Positions 41,101-53,430 of a stretch of 64,000 nucleotides of DNA are shown here, in pieces. How positions within the stretch are numbered: the stretch's first letter is position 1; the number at the start of each line of letters is the position of its first letter. Below the pieces are notes generated by a model. The model saw nothing but the letters and a program-made list of their open reading frames with translations, had not been told where the DNA came from and made no database searches. The translations under genes and the position numbers were made by a program. Origin of the DNA: Octopus sinensis (taxonomy: Eukaryota); the NCBI RefSeq assembly GCF_006345805.1, contig NC_043000.1, positions 129,022,001-129,086,000 on the forward strand, written 5' to 3'.

Positions 41101-44100
41101 CTCCTGCTTATTATAGTACTGTGAACCATTCAAGACAAGATGTCATATGCCAGTAGCCTAGTCTTCAAAGTTAAATGTCAAAGATTTAAAAAATAAATTT
41201 CAAATATGGAAACAAGTTCCAAAAGAAATTCTTAATCTGGAAGAATTGAGAGCCTTTCTGATGCAAGAAGAATTTTTTGGTAAAAGAAAAAAAAAAAGAA
41301 CTCCACTTTTATGTAGGAAACAGCCAAATTAGAAATGCTGAAAATTTGGGGTAAGAATTTCATATAGTTTAACCAATGTAAAATATTGGAGAACAAGTGG
41401 AACAATTGGATGGACCTCAGGCAGGCTGATAGAGTATGAAAACATTGTATGTGGCAAACATACCTGAATAATAAGCAGTAACAATACTCATGAAATAAAT
41501 TCTGACAAATGCTAAGAAGGCTCCGTAAAAGTAATTGACAGTTTCTTGATAACATAATTAGTAGTGGGTGGGGGGGAGTTCTGAGAATGTGGCAGAAAAA
41601 ATTCAAGGAGCTATGATCTCTACTGGCAACAAAGAACAGATTATTTGATGCTTGTGTATGAAGTACAATGGTAGAGAAATAAAGGCTTTGAATGAGGAAG
41701 ACATGTGAAAGCGAGATACTGTTGGAGAGGATCCAACCATCTCATGCAAGATGGAGAGAACATAAAATGATGATTATCTGAGAACCCATTATTTATTTCA
41801 ATAGCATTAGAGATGAAGGGACCAAATGGACAGACTACCAGATTATCATCAGCTGAAGAGGCACAAGTTTTTATCATAGAACAGGTGTTTCATTGTGTCA
41901 GGATAAGACACAGAATTCTATATTGCCTCAGTTTATCAAGGTGAATAGTAGACACCAAGTGTTTCCAGGTAAAGTTATCTGCAAATAAAACCTATCCTAC
42001 CCAAATTAAAGATGTTACACCTTCTGTATCAGTACAGAAGCCAAAGTTTAAGCTACAGAATTATGGACTTAGTTGGACTCATTGGCTGACTTACTGAACT
42101 TTCACATCCATAAGTTTTTTTATTAATGGTTTACAAACTTTCTTCTAAGTTTGGACAGTTGTACAAGTGAGTACGGCAGCCACTGGACATCTGATTGATA
42201 TTCCTGGCATATAGAAGACAGAAAATTAGCTTAAAACATAAGACCTAAATGATCAGGCTCTCAGATTCAGATTGGACGCCTGGTTCAAGTTACTTCCACT
42301 TCACTTTATTCCCTTCAATTATGTTCATTGTCCTAAAATCCAAAGCTCCCTATCACAATGGAGAGAGCAACAGGAGATTACTGTGCTGAGGGCAATTTTT
42401 TATTAAAAGAAAATAACTTACCCATAGAATGGTGTATTCCATAATAACTGTAAATACATTTTATAAAGAGATACTTTGCTGTATTGATCTGGCAAAGCCT
42501 GTGAAATTCGTGATACTGCCTCTTCAAATCGTGCTTCGATATCATTTCGAGATGTATTTTTGAGACCAGGAATTTGCCATCGTCTTTTGCACATGAATTC
42601 TGGGTAAAATCTTTCCAAATTGTGTCTAAAACAGATATACACAATGTCTTTAAGCCTTACATACCACAATTACATAACAAAACAATTGTAATATAAAACA
42701 TCTTTAAGAACATCTACTCCCATGCTTAAACACACAATACATCCATCCTTACATCTGACTACAGAATTGTGTCAAGCTGCTAGATGTAATGAAGTCTTAA
42801 ATATCTAATTTAATCAAAGAACATTCAGTAAAAATAGAGTCTTAAGTGTAGCAGAACATACGTAAATATATTTCTCTAATTGATTTCAGCTATTTAATTT
42901 TAACATGCTGGGGCACCATATTAAAATTCATAATATAAGTTTGTGTGCTGTAAAAAGAAATGAGCCCTGATATTTCAAGAAGGGTCCATAACAATCTTAG
43001 ATTCCTCAGAATGTAATTTTTTTTTTCTTTACATAGTCAATGTTAAGTGGAATATATTTATAGATTTTAGCCAATACTGTATGTATGGACAGATGTAAAC
43101 ACCATGCCTTTATATACAATAGCTTCGTGAATAGAAAAGCTGGATCAGCCGGATTAGTTTCAATTTTGTGTTGAGATTTCATTAGTGATCCTCTTTAACT
43201 ATTCAGGGAGAGACTGTTTTTTATAAACCCACTATTACTAAGAGCTTCTGTAAATGAGAAACAAATTTACACATAACACATCTTTGGCAGTTAGTTTAAT
43301 TAACAAATTGCTAGTGTTAAGTGTTTTGCTATAGTGTACAAGAGAATGTTACAAATACTATGTAACAGACATATGTAAATACTTTGCTTTCATATAAAAC
43401 ATATCTTCATGGACACAAAAAAGAAAATGAGAGATCAACCAGACTAGTTTCAACCTTTGCATTGGTGCATTGGGATTTATCAATGACCAACTATCCTCTT
43501 TGACTGCTTAACAATTTACTTGAGCCCTTAGTAACAATAGGTTTATAAGCAGTGTATCTGTAGACAATTAGAGGGTTGTTAGTCACTTATGACATCCCAA
43601 CACAGGACTGAAACTAGTCTAGCTTATTTTTATACCCACAAAGATATTGTGGATAGAATTTATACAGATGTGCTGACATATAGCTGGTAGGCAAAATATT
43701 GGTCAAAAACTTATAGATATATCATGTAGTAATACAATGTAGCATTGAAATAAAACACAGTTATCACATTGGTAATGGTTACATCATCATCATCATCATC
43801 ATCATCATCGTTTAGCGTCCGTTTTCCATGCTAGCATGGGTTGGACATATTTAATAAATTGATTTTTAACTTAATACAATCAAAACATACCAACCTTTGA
43901 TTGTGTGTTATACCTCTGACCCCTGTGAAACAGCCCTCCTCTATGGTATATTGAATTGCAGCCAACTCATCGTAGTCTAGTTTGTCAACAACATACCGAC
44001 CTTCCAACACATTGTATTGAGCTTCGTGGTACAAAAGAGACAGTGTGGTTTCATCGTGAAGCTATAAAAAAAAAACACAAGAGAAAAAGACACATAAGAG

Positions 44101-47100
44101 ACATAACTATCAAGAAAATGTCTTTTTATTAAAAAAAAAATAATAAATGCGCCCTTTTAAAGCCTAGCCAGGCTCATGGACCGGTTTCAATGGCGTAGAT
44201 GTTCCCTAGCTGGACGGGATACCAGTCCATCACAGCATTACTCATTTTTGCCAGTTGAGTGAACTGGAGCAACATGAAATGAAGTGTTTTACTCAAGAAC
44301 ACAATGCGTCGCCCAGTCCAGGATTCAAAACCACAATCTTACGATCATGATGCTGACACCCTAACCACTAAGCCATGTGCCTCCACTCTTTTTATTAACA
44401 GTGGTTTCAAATTATTTTGGCAGATGACCATGAATTTTAGGGAAGAGAGTAAGCTGAACACATGAACGTCAGTGTTCAGCTGGTGCTTATTATATTAACC
44501 CTGAAATTCCTTGGTGGAATTTGAACTAAGAATGTAAAGGTGGCTGTGTGGTAAATAGCTTGCTAACCAACCACATAGTTCCAGGTTCAATTCCACTGCG
44601 TGGCATCTTGGGCAAGTGTCTTCTGCTATAGCCCTGGGCTGACCAATGCCTTGTGAGTGGATTTGGTAGACGGAAACTGAAAGAAGCCTGTCGTATATAT
44701 GTAAATATATATGTATGTGTGTGTGTGTGCCTGTGTTTGTGTTTGTCCCCCTAGCATTGCTTGACAACCGATGTTGGTGTGTTTATGTCCCCGTCACTTA
44801 GCGGTTTGGCAAAAGAGACCGATAGAATAAGTACTAGGCTTCCAAAGAATAAGTCCTGGGGGTTGATTTACTTGACTAAAAGGCGGTGCTCCAGCATGGC
44901 TGCAGTCAAATGACTGAAATAAGTAAAAGAGTAAAAGAGATATATATATATAGATATACACACACACATGTGTGGTCAAACAAAAGAAAAGGGGCACTCA
45001 ACACATCTTGTAGGGGTTACATGTATCATTTAAAACAGCTTGATTTGGTTCCATGTTACTTTAAGTTTCGCAGGCCCCTAACGGGATCCTGACACCTTCA
45101 TGCTTCTGGAATGACCGATCAGGTTCCCATTAGGAGCCTGTGAAACTCTAAGTAGAATGGAACCAAATCAAACAGTTTTAAATAATACATACAAACAGTG
45201 TATGTGTGTGTGTGTGGATGGATGGGTGGGTGGGTGGGTGGGTGGGTATGTGTACTCTTGTCCCGACATCACATGTTGGTCATAAATGAGCCTCACCGCA
45301 AAGTATGGACAGAAAACAATCCGAATTAAATGAGGTTTAAAGAAATGGACTGGGGATGGGGAGTTGTGAATATTTCAGTGTAGATTTAAATGTGGAAATG
45401 ACTTGTAGAAATAAATTCACAGAAAAATCCAGACTCTTGAATGGATTACTAAACTTACTTTCATTTCCTCTTCTTTTGAATAAAACACATTCCTTTGTAA
45501 CATCAGCAATGGGGTATCTAGAATGAAATACAGAAAAACAATGTAGCTGTTCACACAACATATCTAGGACAGCATTATCCAATGTGTTTGTTCTACTTTT
45601 AAGACTGTAGGGTGTTGTATAAAGGAGATTTAGTCATTATTTCTAGCAGATTGAGCAACCTCATAAAGGCTCTCTCATTGGCTTGCTGTTTTTTCAGAAA
45701 CAATGCTGTTTAGTATTGAGCTATTATCAAAGCCATTCTAGCAATGGCTATCTAGTCTTTTTGTAAGTTCATAATTACATTACCCAATGACTACATTGTC
45801 CATTTTCAGACAATAAGTTGATATTTGAGGGAGATTTGGCTTCAGAAGCTGTGAAAATTACTAAAAGCAAACACCAAATCAAATCCCTTTCTATTATCAA
45901 TTTGTTTGTAATCAATAGAGCATTAAAAGATATAAGACCGTAATCCTTTCATTCTGAAATTTAGAGTATGTAGCTGCTGCCAAAATACACTAATACATAC
46001 CGCCCTGACATTCGAAACTCACAGTTTTATCATGGCTACTGAATAATTGTCACATATTATCATCATCATCGTTTAACGTCCGCTTTCCATGCTAGCATGG
46101 GTTGGACGATTTGACTGAGGTCTGGTGAACCAGATGGCTGCACAAGGCTCCAATCTGATCTGGCAGAGTTTCTACAGCTGGATGCCCTTCCTAACACAAA
46201 TCACTTGGACAGTGTAGTGGGTGCTTTTACGTGCCACTGGCATGAGGCCCAGTCAGGCGGTACTGGCAGTGGCCACACTCAAATGATGCTTTTTATGTGA
46301 CAACTGCACAGAAGCCAGTCCAGCGGCACTGGCAACAACTTTGCTCGAATGTTTTTTCACGTGCCACCAGCACAAGTGCTAGTAAGGCGATGCAGGTAAC
46401 GATCATGCTCGAATGCTGGTTTTTACATGCCACTGCGGAGGCCAGCTTGCTGCTCTGGCAATGATCACGCTCGTATGGTACTCTTAGCGCTCCACTAGCA
46501 CAGATGCCAGTCATCGAATTTGATTTTGATTTCACTTGCCTCAACAGGTCTTCGCAAGCAGAGTATAGTGTCCAATGAAGGAAAGGTACGCATAAGTGGG
46601 CTGGTTACACCCCTGGTTATGGTCTCACTTGGGCTTGCCAAGTCTTCTCAAGCACAGCATATTTCCAAAGGTCCCGGTCACTAGTCATTGCCTCAGTGAA
46701 GCCCAATGTTCGAAGGTCATGCTTCACCATCTCATCCCAGGTCTTCCTGAGTCTACCTCTTCCACAGGTTCCTTCAACCACTAGGGTGTGGAACTTTTTC
46801 ACACAGCTATCCACATCCATTCTCACCACATGGCCATATCAGCGCAGTCATCTCATTTACAGATATACATTATATGTAGCCAATACCGCATCGACTGGCC
46901 TCTGTGCTGGTGGCACGTAACAAACACCATCCGATCGTGGCCGTTGCCAGCCTCGCCTGGCCCCCGTGCCGGTGGCATGTAAAAAGCACCATCCGTCCAT
47001 GGCCGTTCGCCAGCTCCGTCTGGCACCTGTGCGGGTGGCACGTAAAAAGCACCCACTACACTCACGGAGTGGTTGGCGTTAGGAAGGGCATCCAGCCGTA

Positions 47101-47209
47101 GAAACACTGCCAGATCAGACTGGGCCTGATGCAGCCTTCTGGCTTCACAGACCCCAGTTGAACCGTCCAACCCATGCTAGCATGGAAAACGGACGCTAAA
47201 TGATGATGA

Positions 47210-47266
<57 letters not shown>

Positions 47267-49745
47267 CTGGTCAATTGAATACTAATTTTCCTGGCCACAG
47301 AAATAAACTATAGCATTAGAATGCAACCTACCGAGCCCTAAGCTAGGTCAGTTACCTAATCAGCTCAACAAGTTGTTTCTATGTCTAATATGACATAGCT
47401 ATTAATGTCTTGCAGTATTTTCAGAGTATTGTTATTTACTTATTAATAGCATACACTCCAGTTAAGCTTGAACTGTTAGATTTAAAATGGGGGTTCACAT
47501 ATTTTTATGGCAGCAAAAGAGATTTGGTAACAGAACTTTTGATTTTATAATTAACCATAGTGTCAAATAATAAATAAATGAAAAACCAATATTAGCTCAC
47601 CTCTTAACTTATTTTCTGCTTTCTGGTCAGTATACAGTTTACACAGCTCTTGCCATTGTTGAACAAGGAAGTAAGGACGGTGATTTTTCTTTAAGCGAAG
47701 TTCTAGGATTTAAGTAGCAGTAAAATATTAAAATAGATAAATAAATCATTAATAAATTGAAAACTTTACTAAACTTGAAAGTTTTCAAAATATTTTAGTT
47801 CATGAATATTTATGTAAAATAAACTGTTGCAGGCAATATGAAAAAGAATCCTGAAAGTATTATGGACAAAATTTAGATTATTGGCATTTGGTAAAAATAT
47901 TTTTTTTATCCACGTAACAAACATTTCATTTCATTTACAATGGAGACAAATAGTAAAATATTCATAAGTTTGAATAGTGAACAAGAATCAACTGAGGTCA
48001 GTAATTTAAAAAAACAGACAGAACACTGTGATTGACCAAATAAAAAAATACAATTAGTTCAGAAAATTACACCCATATTTTAATTGAATCCAGAAAGATG
48101 AAAAGTCAAGCCAAACACATTGAACACTTAAAAGGCAGATGAATGTCACCTGCATTTTATAACCTGGCAAGAGTGCTTAGTAATAGGAAATCACTGAATG
48201 ATGCACAGCCTCTAGAAGCCTCTGAAGGCTGCACCCAAAACAATGTGCAATATGAGCACATGTTGCATTACGATTTTCCTTTCACCACCAAATACTAAAT
48301 TCTCTAAAATAAATGTTTCCAGTGCTCTGCCATGTCTATGAAACTATTGCTCCTTTAAAGAGAGAAAATATTCTTACTTGTAAATCTCTGCTTAAGATAC
48401 CATTAAATTCCTAACTCAGGAATGGCAATCACTATTCACTTAAATTTTAACAACCTGCCATCATCATTTTTTATCAAGTTTGCCACAATAATATAAAAAC
48501 CTTTTGTCACATCATTATTGACTTATCCTCTGCACATCTTCTGAGATATTGATGGAATTCCCTCACTAGGTAACCATTACTCTGAGATATTTATTCAAGC
48601 AGTTTTCATATTATTATTCAAAAAAATTCTGATATGTTTTAACTTACCCAAAGACTTATTGCATGCAATACATTTATTATACCATGAAGAATCATACTGA
48701 AAACATTTAAAGAGACACAAATATGATTTGAAAATCCTAATAATAATTTCTATCACGAGAGCAAAGTCTGAAATTTTGTGGGGAAGGGTACAATCACTTA
48801 AATTTCCCACAGTCCTTGACTAGTCCTTATTTTATAGATTCTGAAAGATGAAAGGCAAGGTTGGCTTCAGCAGAATTTAAACTATGAATTAAAGATGCAG
48901 AACAAATGCTGCAAGATATTTTGTCAGACACTAACAATTCTGTTAAGCCACTGTCCTAATAAAGTCTCTAATAATAATGATCTTTAGATCTCTAAATAAT
49001 AAAGAACAGCAACCACACTGACACTCTACTAGAAATAAGAAAAACCATCAACAACATTCCTCCCTTTATATGGTGCCAGAGGAAAGACTCAACTCTTACA
49101 AAAGGAACAATTCAGGAAGTCAGCATAAGATCATGGAAATAATATTGAGTTATCAGAGGTTGAATGATCCAAGTGGTTTAAACACTGAGTTGTGCATAAA
49201 GCACCTACTGAAATCTGAAGTTGCTGGACCTCAGGAAGTCATAAGAAGTTGCAACATGTAGTACAGCTTGTGACAACAATAAATAACTTGAGCAACATAG
49301 AGAGACAAACAAGCTTTTGAAACACATTTACCAAGTGTGTTTGTTACTATGTTCCCACTGCTTGCTTGTCTTTCTCTCTCTAATTATCAGAAACACCAAT
49401 AAATAAAGCAATGTTCTTTTTTTTTGTTTTTTTAACAAGTAAAAGAAACACAATCTCTTATTTACTAAGTTTTCAAGAGAAGAATACAGACATTACCAAA
49501 CTGATGAGAATACCAGCTACAAACAGAGATTTAACAAGCAAAAGAGACAAAAGAAAGATCAAACAAATACTTACCAAGTGATGGAGACACTAACCACAAA
49601 GAGAAAACATTCGCAGCTTCTGGGGGAAGTTTCTGTTCCTCTTGGACAATCCTGAATAGATCTTCAGTCTGTGCTTGTTGACCATTATTTACTTTCAATG
49701 GGATGACAGTCTGGTCTCTGAGGTAAATGCAGAGCTCTAAAACAT
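35093..49745 (-). CDS. FRMD8: FERM domain-containing protein 8 (iTAP) orthologue; 10 exons joined, 5'-partial
   Basis: Manually spliced exons 49745-49575, 47702-47601, 45517-45459, 44061-43895, 42625-42422, 39316-39187, 37997-37848, 36228-36111, 35290-35228, 35133-35093 give one open frame with matching phases. Motifs are colinear with FRMD8 as I recall it: FSLWLVSPSLELRLK.NHRPY, QRNVFY, LHDE..L.LLYHEAQYNVLEGRY, YLQLLWNTPFYGSAFF, TKLLEINSRQAKLMNALI. Confidence 0.9.
35228..35290 (-). CDS. FRMD8: FRMD8 exon: (S)TFNKSLNKLKRLSLDTYSVG
   Basis: 63 nt, ttttcag acceptor and gtaaga donor, phase 1 to 1, open frame. Confidence 0.8.
36111..36228 (-). CDS. FRMD8: FRMD8 exon: AKLMNALIDSMVKRKRQQQQVRPRRYSEQSYDSVDGAIS
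   Basis: 118 nt, ttttcag acceptor and gtaaga donor, phase 0 to 1. Confidence 0.88.
36745..36900 (-). mobile_element. RTE-like 3' tail fragment
   Basis: catcatttaacatccgctttccatgctggcatg ... ctggatgcccttcc. Confidence 0.7.
37310..37680 (+). mobile_element. RTE-like 3' tail copy
   Basis: Same tail consensus ending gcggacgttaaacgatgatgatg. Confidence 0.8.
37848..37997 (-). CDS. FRMD8: FRMD8 exon: FVDLAVPFTEMSWHFHDDLEDDKLPSLFIQFLVKDGEETVTKLLEINSRQ
   Basis: 150 nt, ttactag acceptor and gttggt donor, phase 0 to 0; overlaps ORF 37785..37967. Confidence 0.88.
39187..39316 (-). CDS. FRMD8: FRMD8 exon: SAFFSAVVDRPSTKLQMVFGVHSMHVWVCINTEGVCIIEKDKD
   Basis: 130 nt, ttgaag acceptor and gtaaga donor, phase 2 to 0; FERM F3-like. 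Confidence 0.9.
39917..40332 (-). mobile_element. Composite CORE-like SINE copy (CpG-decayed) in a FRMD8 intron
   Basis: Same modules with many CG to TG/CA changes. Confidence 0.8.
40400..41900 (+). mobile_element. Heavily decayed RTE-clade LINE (RT region) in a FRMD8 intron
   Basis: Fragments LMDQVMKVTERI..QLIRNRISLDVMLFGF and MQTMCRDA..IHQDSIFSSLLLIIVL. Confidence 0.65.
42422..42625 (-). CDS. FRMD8: FRMD8 exon: HNLERFYPEFMCKRRW...YKMYLQLLWNTPFY(G)
   Basis: 204 nt, ttttag acceptor and gtaagt donor, phase 2 to 2; ends in the FERM F2 motif PFYG; overlaps ORF 42418..42669. Confidence 0.9.
43895..44061 (-). CDS. FRMD8: FRMD8 exon: LHDETTLSLLYHEAQYNVLEGRYVVDKLDYDELAAIQYTIEEGCFTGVRGITHNQ(R)
   Basis: 167 nt, tttatag acceptor; the gttggt donor is the one that fits phase 2; overlaps ORF 43831..44034. 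Confidence 0.87.
44541..44935 (+). mobile_element. Composite CORE-like SINE copy in a FRMD8 intron
   Basis: Same modules, opposite orientation to 39917-40332. Confidence 0.85.
45459..45517 (-). CDS. FRMD8: FRMD8 exon: (D)TPLLMLQRNVFYSKEEEMK
   Basis: 59 nt, ttctag acceptor and gtaagt donor, phase 1 to 0. Confidence 0.88.
46060..46840 (-). mobile_element. RTE-clade LINE 3' end with (ATG)n tail
   Basis: ORF 46617..46829 GRGRLRKTWDEMVKHDL...DRDLWKYAV; ends gcatggaaagcggacgttaaacgatgatgat. Confidence 0.8.
46870..47212 (+). mobile_element. RTE-like 3' tail copy, inverted relative to 46060-46840
   Basis: Ends ccaacccatgctagcatggaaaacggacgctaaatgatgatgat. Confidence 0.8.
47601..47702 (-). CDS. FRMD8: FRMD8 exon: (E)LRLKKNHRPYFLVQQWQELCKLYTDQKAENKLR
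   Basis: 102 nt, cctag acceptor and gtgagc donor, phase 1 to 1. Confidence 0.9.
49575..49745 (-). CDS. FRMD8: FRMD8 exon: (D)VLELCIYLRDQTVIPLKVNNGQQAQTEDLFRIVQEEQKLPPEAANVFSLWLVSPSL
   Basis: 171 nt, tttcag acceptor and gtaagt donor, phase 1 to 1; FERM F1-like start. Confidence 0.9.
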
Positions 49746-50246
49746 CTGAAACTAAATTTGATCATTGGATAAATATGGTAGAAAATATAGAAATTTTATT
49801 CTCTTCATAAAAGTTTTAATTGCCCTCTTCCTTCAAAATCCTAGTTAAGGTGCCAGCCTACAGACTAAAAGTTCACAGACTATCAACATTATTCTATAGA
49901 ATGGACATTGAATCACAAAAGTTTCATCAGCTTTCAATACTGAACTCAATAATCCTTAATGTCTAACTGGAAAAGAAATATATTCTAGCAGTGATATTAT
50001 TATCTAGATCACACTAAAATGGTACCGTAATGGTTATTTCAAACAGTTATGGTTGGACCCTAATAAATTACTAATATTTTATTTTACTGGCCATGAATGA
50101 AGAAAAGTGAAAATTAACTTCTAGCATAATTAACTCGCATATTAAACAGACTTGAGTTAGCTCCCTTGTTCCACTACTCTATATTGCAGACTCGAGTTTA
50201 CAACCTTTTGCAGAAAAGAATCATTAGACACCAATACTTTTTATCA

Positions 50247-50555
50247 GTATGTGGAGGCACATGGCCTAGTAGTTAGAGCAGCAGTTGAGGGTTTGTGGGT
50301 TCGAATCTCAGACCGGGTGATGTGTGTGTTTATGAGCGAAACACCTAAAGCTCCATCCAGCTCTGGCAGAAGGTAATAGTGAACTTTTGCAGACCCTTTC
50401 ACCACAACTTTCTCTCGCTCTTTCCTCCTATATCTAGCAGCTGACCTGTGTCAGACCGGCGTCCTGTCCAGGTGGGGAACCTATATGCCAATGAAACCAG
50501 AACACCGTCTCTTATGAGCCAGGCATGGTTCAAGAAGGAACAAACAACAAGTTTA
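50247..50555 (+). mobile_element. tRNA-derived SINE with MetaSINE-like central domain (related copy 44145-44387, minus)
   Basis: tRNA head plus gaccggcgtcctgtccagg...gaaacc motif; Meta-domain label is from memory. Confidence 0.6.
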
Positions 50556-53061
50556 TCAGTAAAAGACAGCACGGAAGCCTCAATATGGTCACCCAAACAG
50601 CCAGAAATAGCAGCTGCATCTCTTTTAGATTACATCCTACCATCTTCAGTGGTAAACTAAATCAACACCTGTTTTAAAACTACTATAAGGCCCTTGGATG
50701 CTTTTAGCAGCATCCACTCTTGCAAATATAAAGAGCATGTTTTGGTTTTAAGGATATTAAAATCTTACTTCACTATCCCTGCAAAGAGGAATGGGTTCTG
50801 GCCTCCTCCTCTGACTAAACCATACAGAGCAAAAAATAAGGACATTTTGAATATAATAGTCCAAGAAAACATCACACCAAAAAAAAAAAAAACCGAAAAC
50901 GATGGTCATGGTTGGAACACCTTTGACTATAGATCTACCTACTCCTTACACAAACTCTTCTTTCTCTGGTGAGCCAGGAAAATCATTTGTGTGTTGGACA
51001 AAATGGTTAGAAGCATTTCTTCCAGTTTTTCCAGGCTAAAATTGCACTGAGGCTAACTTTGCTTTTCAGCCTTTCAGGGTCAACAAAATTAAGTGCCAGT
51101 TAAATATTCAGGGTCAATGGTGACTTTAGCTGAATTTAGAACAAAGAACAATTCTGCCAAATCTACTACCATTTAATAATAAAATTGATAATTATTTCTA
51201 ATTTAGGCACAAAGCCAGCAATTTTAAAGAAAAGGGGTCAGTCAATTATGTCAACCCATATACAAGACCAATATTTTATGGTATTGACCTTGAAAGGATG
51301 AAAAGTAAAACTGACCACTGTGGGATTTGAACTCAGACCATAGAGTAGCACAACTAAATACCTACAAACATGTTTTCTTTTACTCTAACAATTCAAATAA
51401 TCCCCTGCCCTTTATTAATAATAATGATGATCTTTCATTCATTTCTGTCACTGCATTGTGGCCATACTGGGGCACCATCTTGAAGGGCTTTAGTAACAGA
51501 AATTGAATTCAGTATTTTTTTTTTTTAGTACAGGTATATATTTTAACAGTTTCTTTTGATAAACTCCTAAGTAATGGGAATGTAAACAAACCACCACTGG
51601 TTATCATGTGGTGATAGTGGAGGGTAGGGAGGTCACAAACACACATAAACACATGACAGGATTCCACACAGTTTCTATCTACAAAATTCACTCACAAAGC
51701 ATTGGTCAGCCTGAGGCTACAGAAGACACTTGCCTCAGGTGTCATGCAGTGTGACTGAACCTGAAATCAAGTGGTTACAAAATGAGCTTCTTAACCACAC
51801 AGCCCAGCCTGTGCCTATGATGAGGATTGAAAAAATCATGCATTTTGTAAACAACAGCAATCATTAACTAGGTTTCCAATGAGTCAATCAATTTGGTTAG
51901 TATCATTTATGACGTCAAGCGTGACATGGGAGTGTCTGTGAAATTTGAGCGACACAAAAATAATACAAGGTATTTTTTATTTAACTCAGTGGTTTATTGG
52001 TGCTTTTATTTTATTTCATTTTTTTTTGATGTACAGATTGGTAAAAGATGCACACAGGTATTAATGACAGGTATTAATAGCACATCCATTAAACAATAAT
52101 AATTTATAGTATCCGCACATAACCTCAAATTTTATTAATTGTAGGTGAGAGGTAATGTTTTTAACATTAGTCCCTGATAGTCCATTTGGCTCTTTAATTT
52201 ATTAACTCTCTCTCCACACACAAAGGGATGAAAAGCAAAATTGACATTGGCAGGAATTGAACTCAGAATGTAAAGTGAATTAACCAAATACCACAAAGAA
52301 CTGTGTCCACCACTCTACTACTTCTGCCATCCACCCAGTAATAGTTCTTTTGACTATAGGCACATGTCCTGAAGTTTTGGGGAGAAGTGGAAATTGTTTA
52401 CATCAACCTCAGTACTTGTCTGGTACTTAATTTATCAATCCCAAAAGGATGGAAGGCAAAGTTAACCTTGGCAGAATTTGAATTTAGAATGTAATGAGCC
52501 AGAAGAAATGCCAACGAGTAATTACATGACTGGTACCTATTCTATCAACTTCAAAAAGCATGAAAGGCTAAGCTGACCATGACAGGATTTGAACCCAGGA
52601 TGTACAGAGCCAGAACAAATATAGCAAAACCCCGATTGAAAGCTCTGAGGCTCTGATTCTACCAGTTCCTCTCTCTCTCTCTCTCTTCCAGTGCCATATC
52701 TACAGACATCAGCAATCATGGACCTAATCAAAGATGGAAGATTCATGATTTTTCTTGGGAAAGACCCAGCAATGATTTCTTATTGTCTTTTGTTAATTTA
52801 TTTCCTGTTTACTCAGCTGGTCTTCTGCTCTCCTGAACCTCGATGGGGGATCGGTTGACATGGCATCAGTGCATGCCCACACACCAGTGAGTCAGTGTGA
52901 CATGTTTAGGACCAGCCCTCCTCTAAATCCTGTACACCTTAGCCACATAACAAACAGCTACTTCTTGAGCCTATCATGCTAAGCCAAAGTGGAAGCTGGG
53001 AGTAAGGTGACTAAGGACTAATTCCATTTAGCCCCACAAACTCCTGAACCCATGAGCTTCA

Positions 53062-53430
53062 CCATCATCATCCTCCTTTAACATCTGCTTTCCATGCTAG
53101 CATGGGTGGGACGGTTTCACAAGAGCCATCCAGTCAGAAGCCTATGTGAGACCTCTGTAACTGTTTTGGCAGGATTTTTACAGCTGGATGCCCTTCTAAC
53201 ACCAACCACTCAGCAGAGTGGACTTAGTGCTTTTAACATGGCACAAGCACAGGTCAGTAGTGCTTTTTATGTGGCCCACACCAACCACTCAGCAGAGTGG
53301 ACTTAGTGCTTTTAACGTGGCACAAGCACAGGCAAGGTCAGTAGTGCTTTTTATGTGACCCCAGTAACAGGCGAGGTCAGTTTTGGCAAGGTTTTTATAG
53401 CTGGATGCCCTTCCGAACACCAACCACCAT
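53062..53430 (-). mobile_element. RTE-like 3' tail with an internal 79-bp tandem duplication
   Basis: Tail consensus; acaccaaccactcagcagagtggacttagtgc repeated at 53199 and 53278. Confidence 0.7.
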
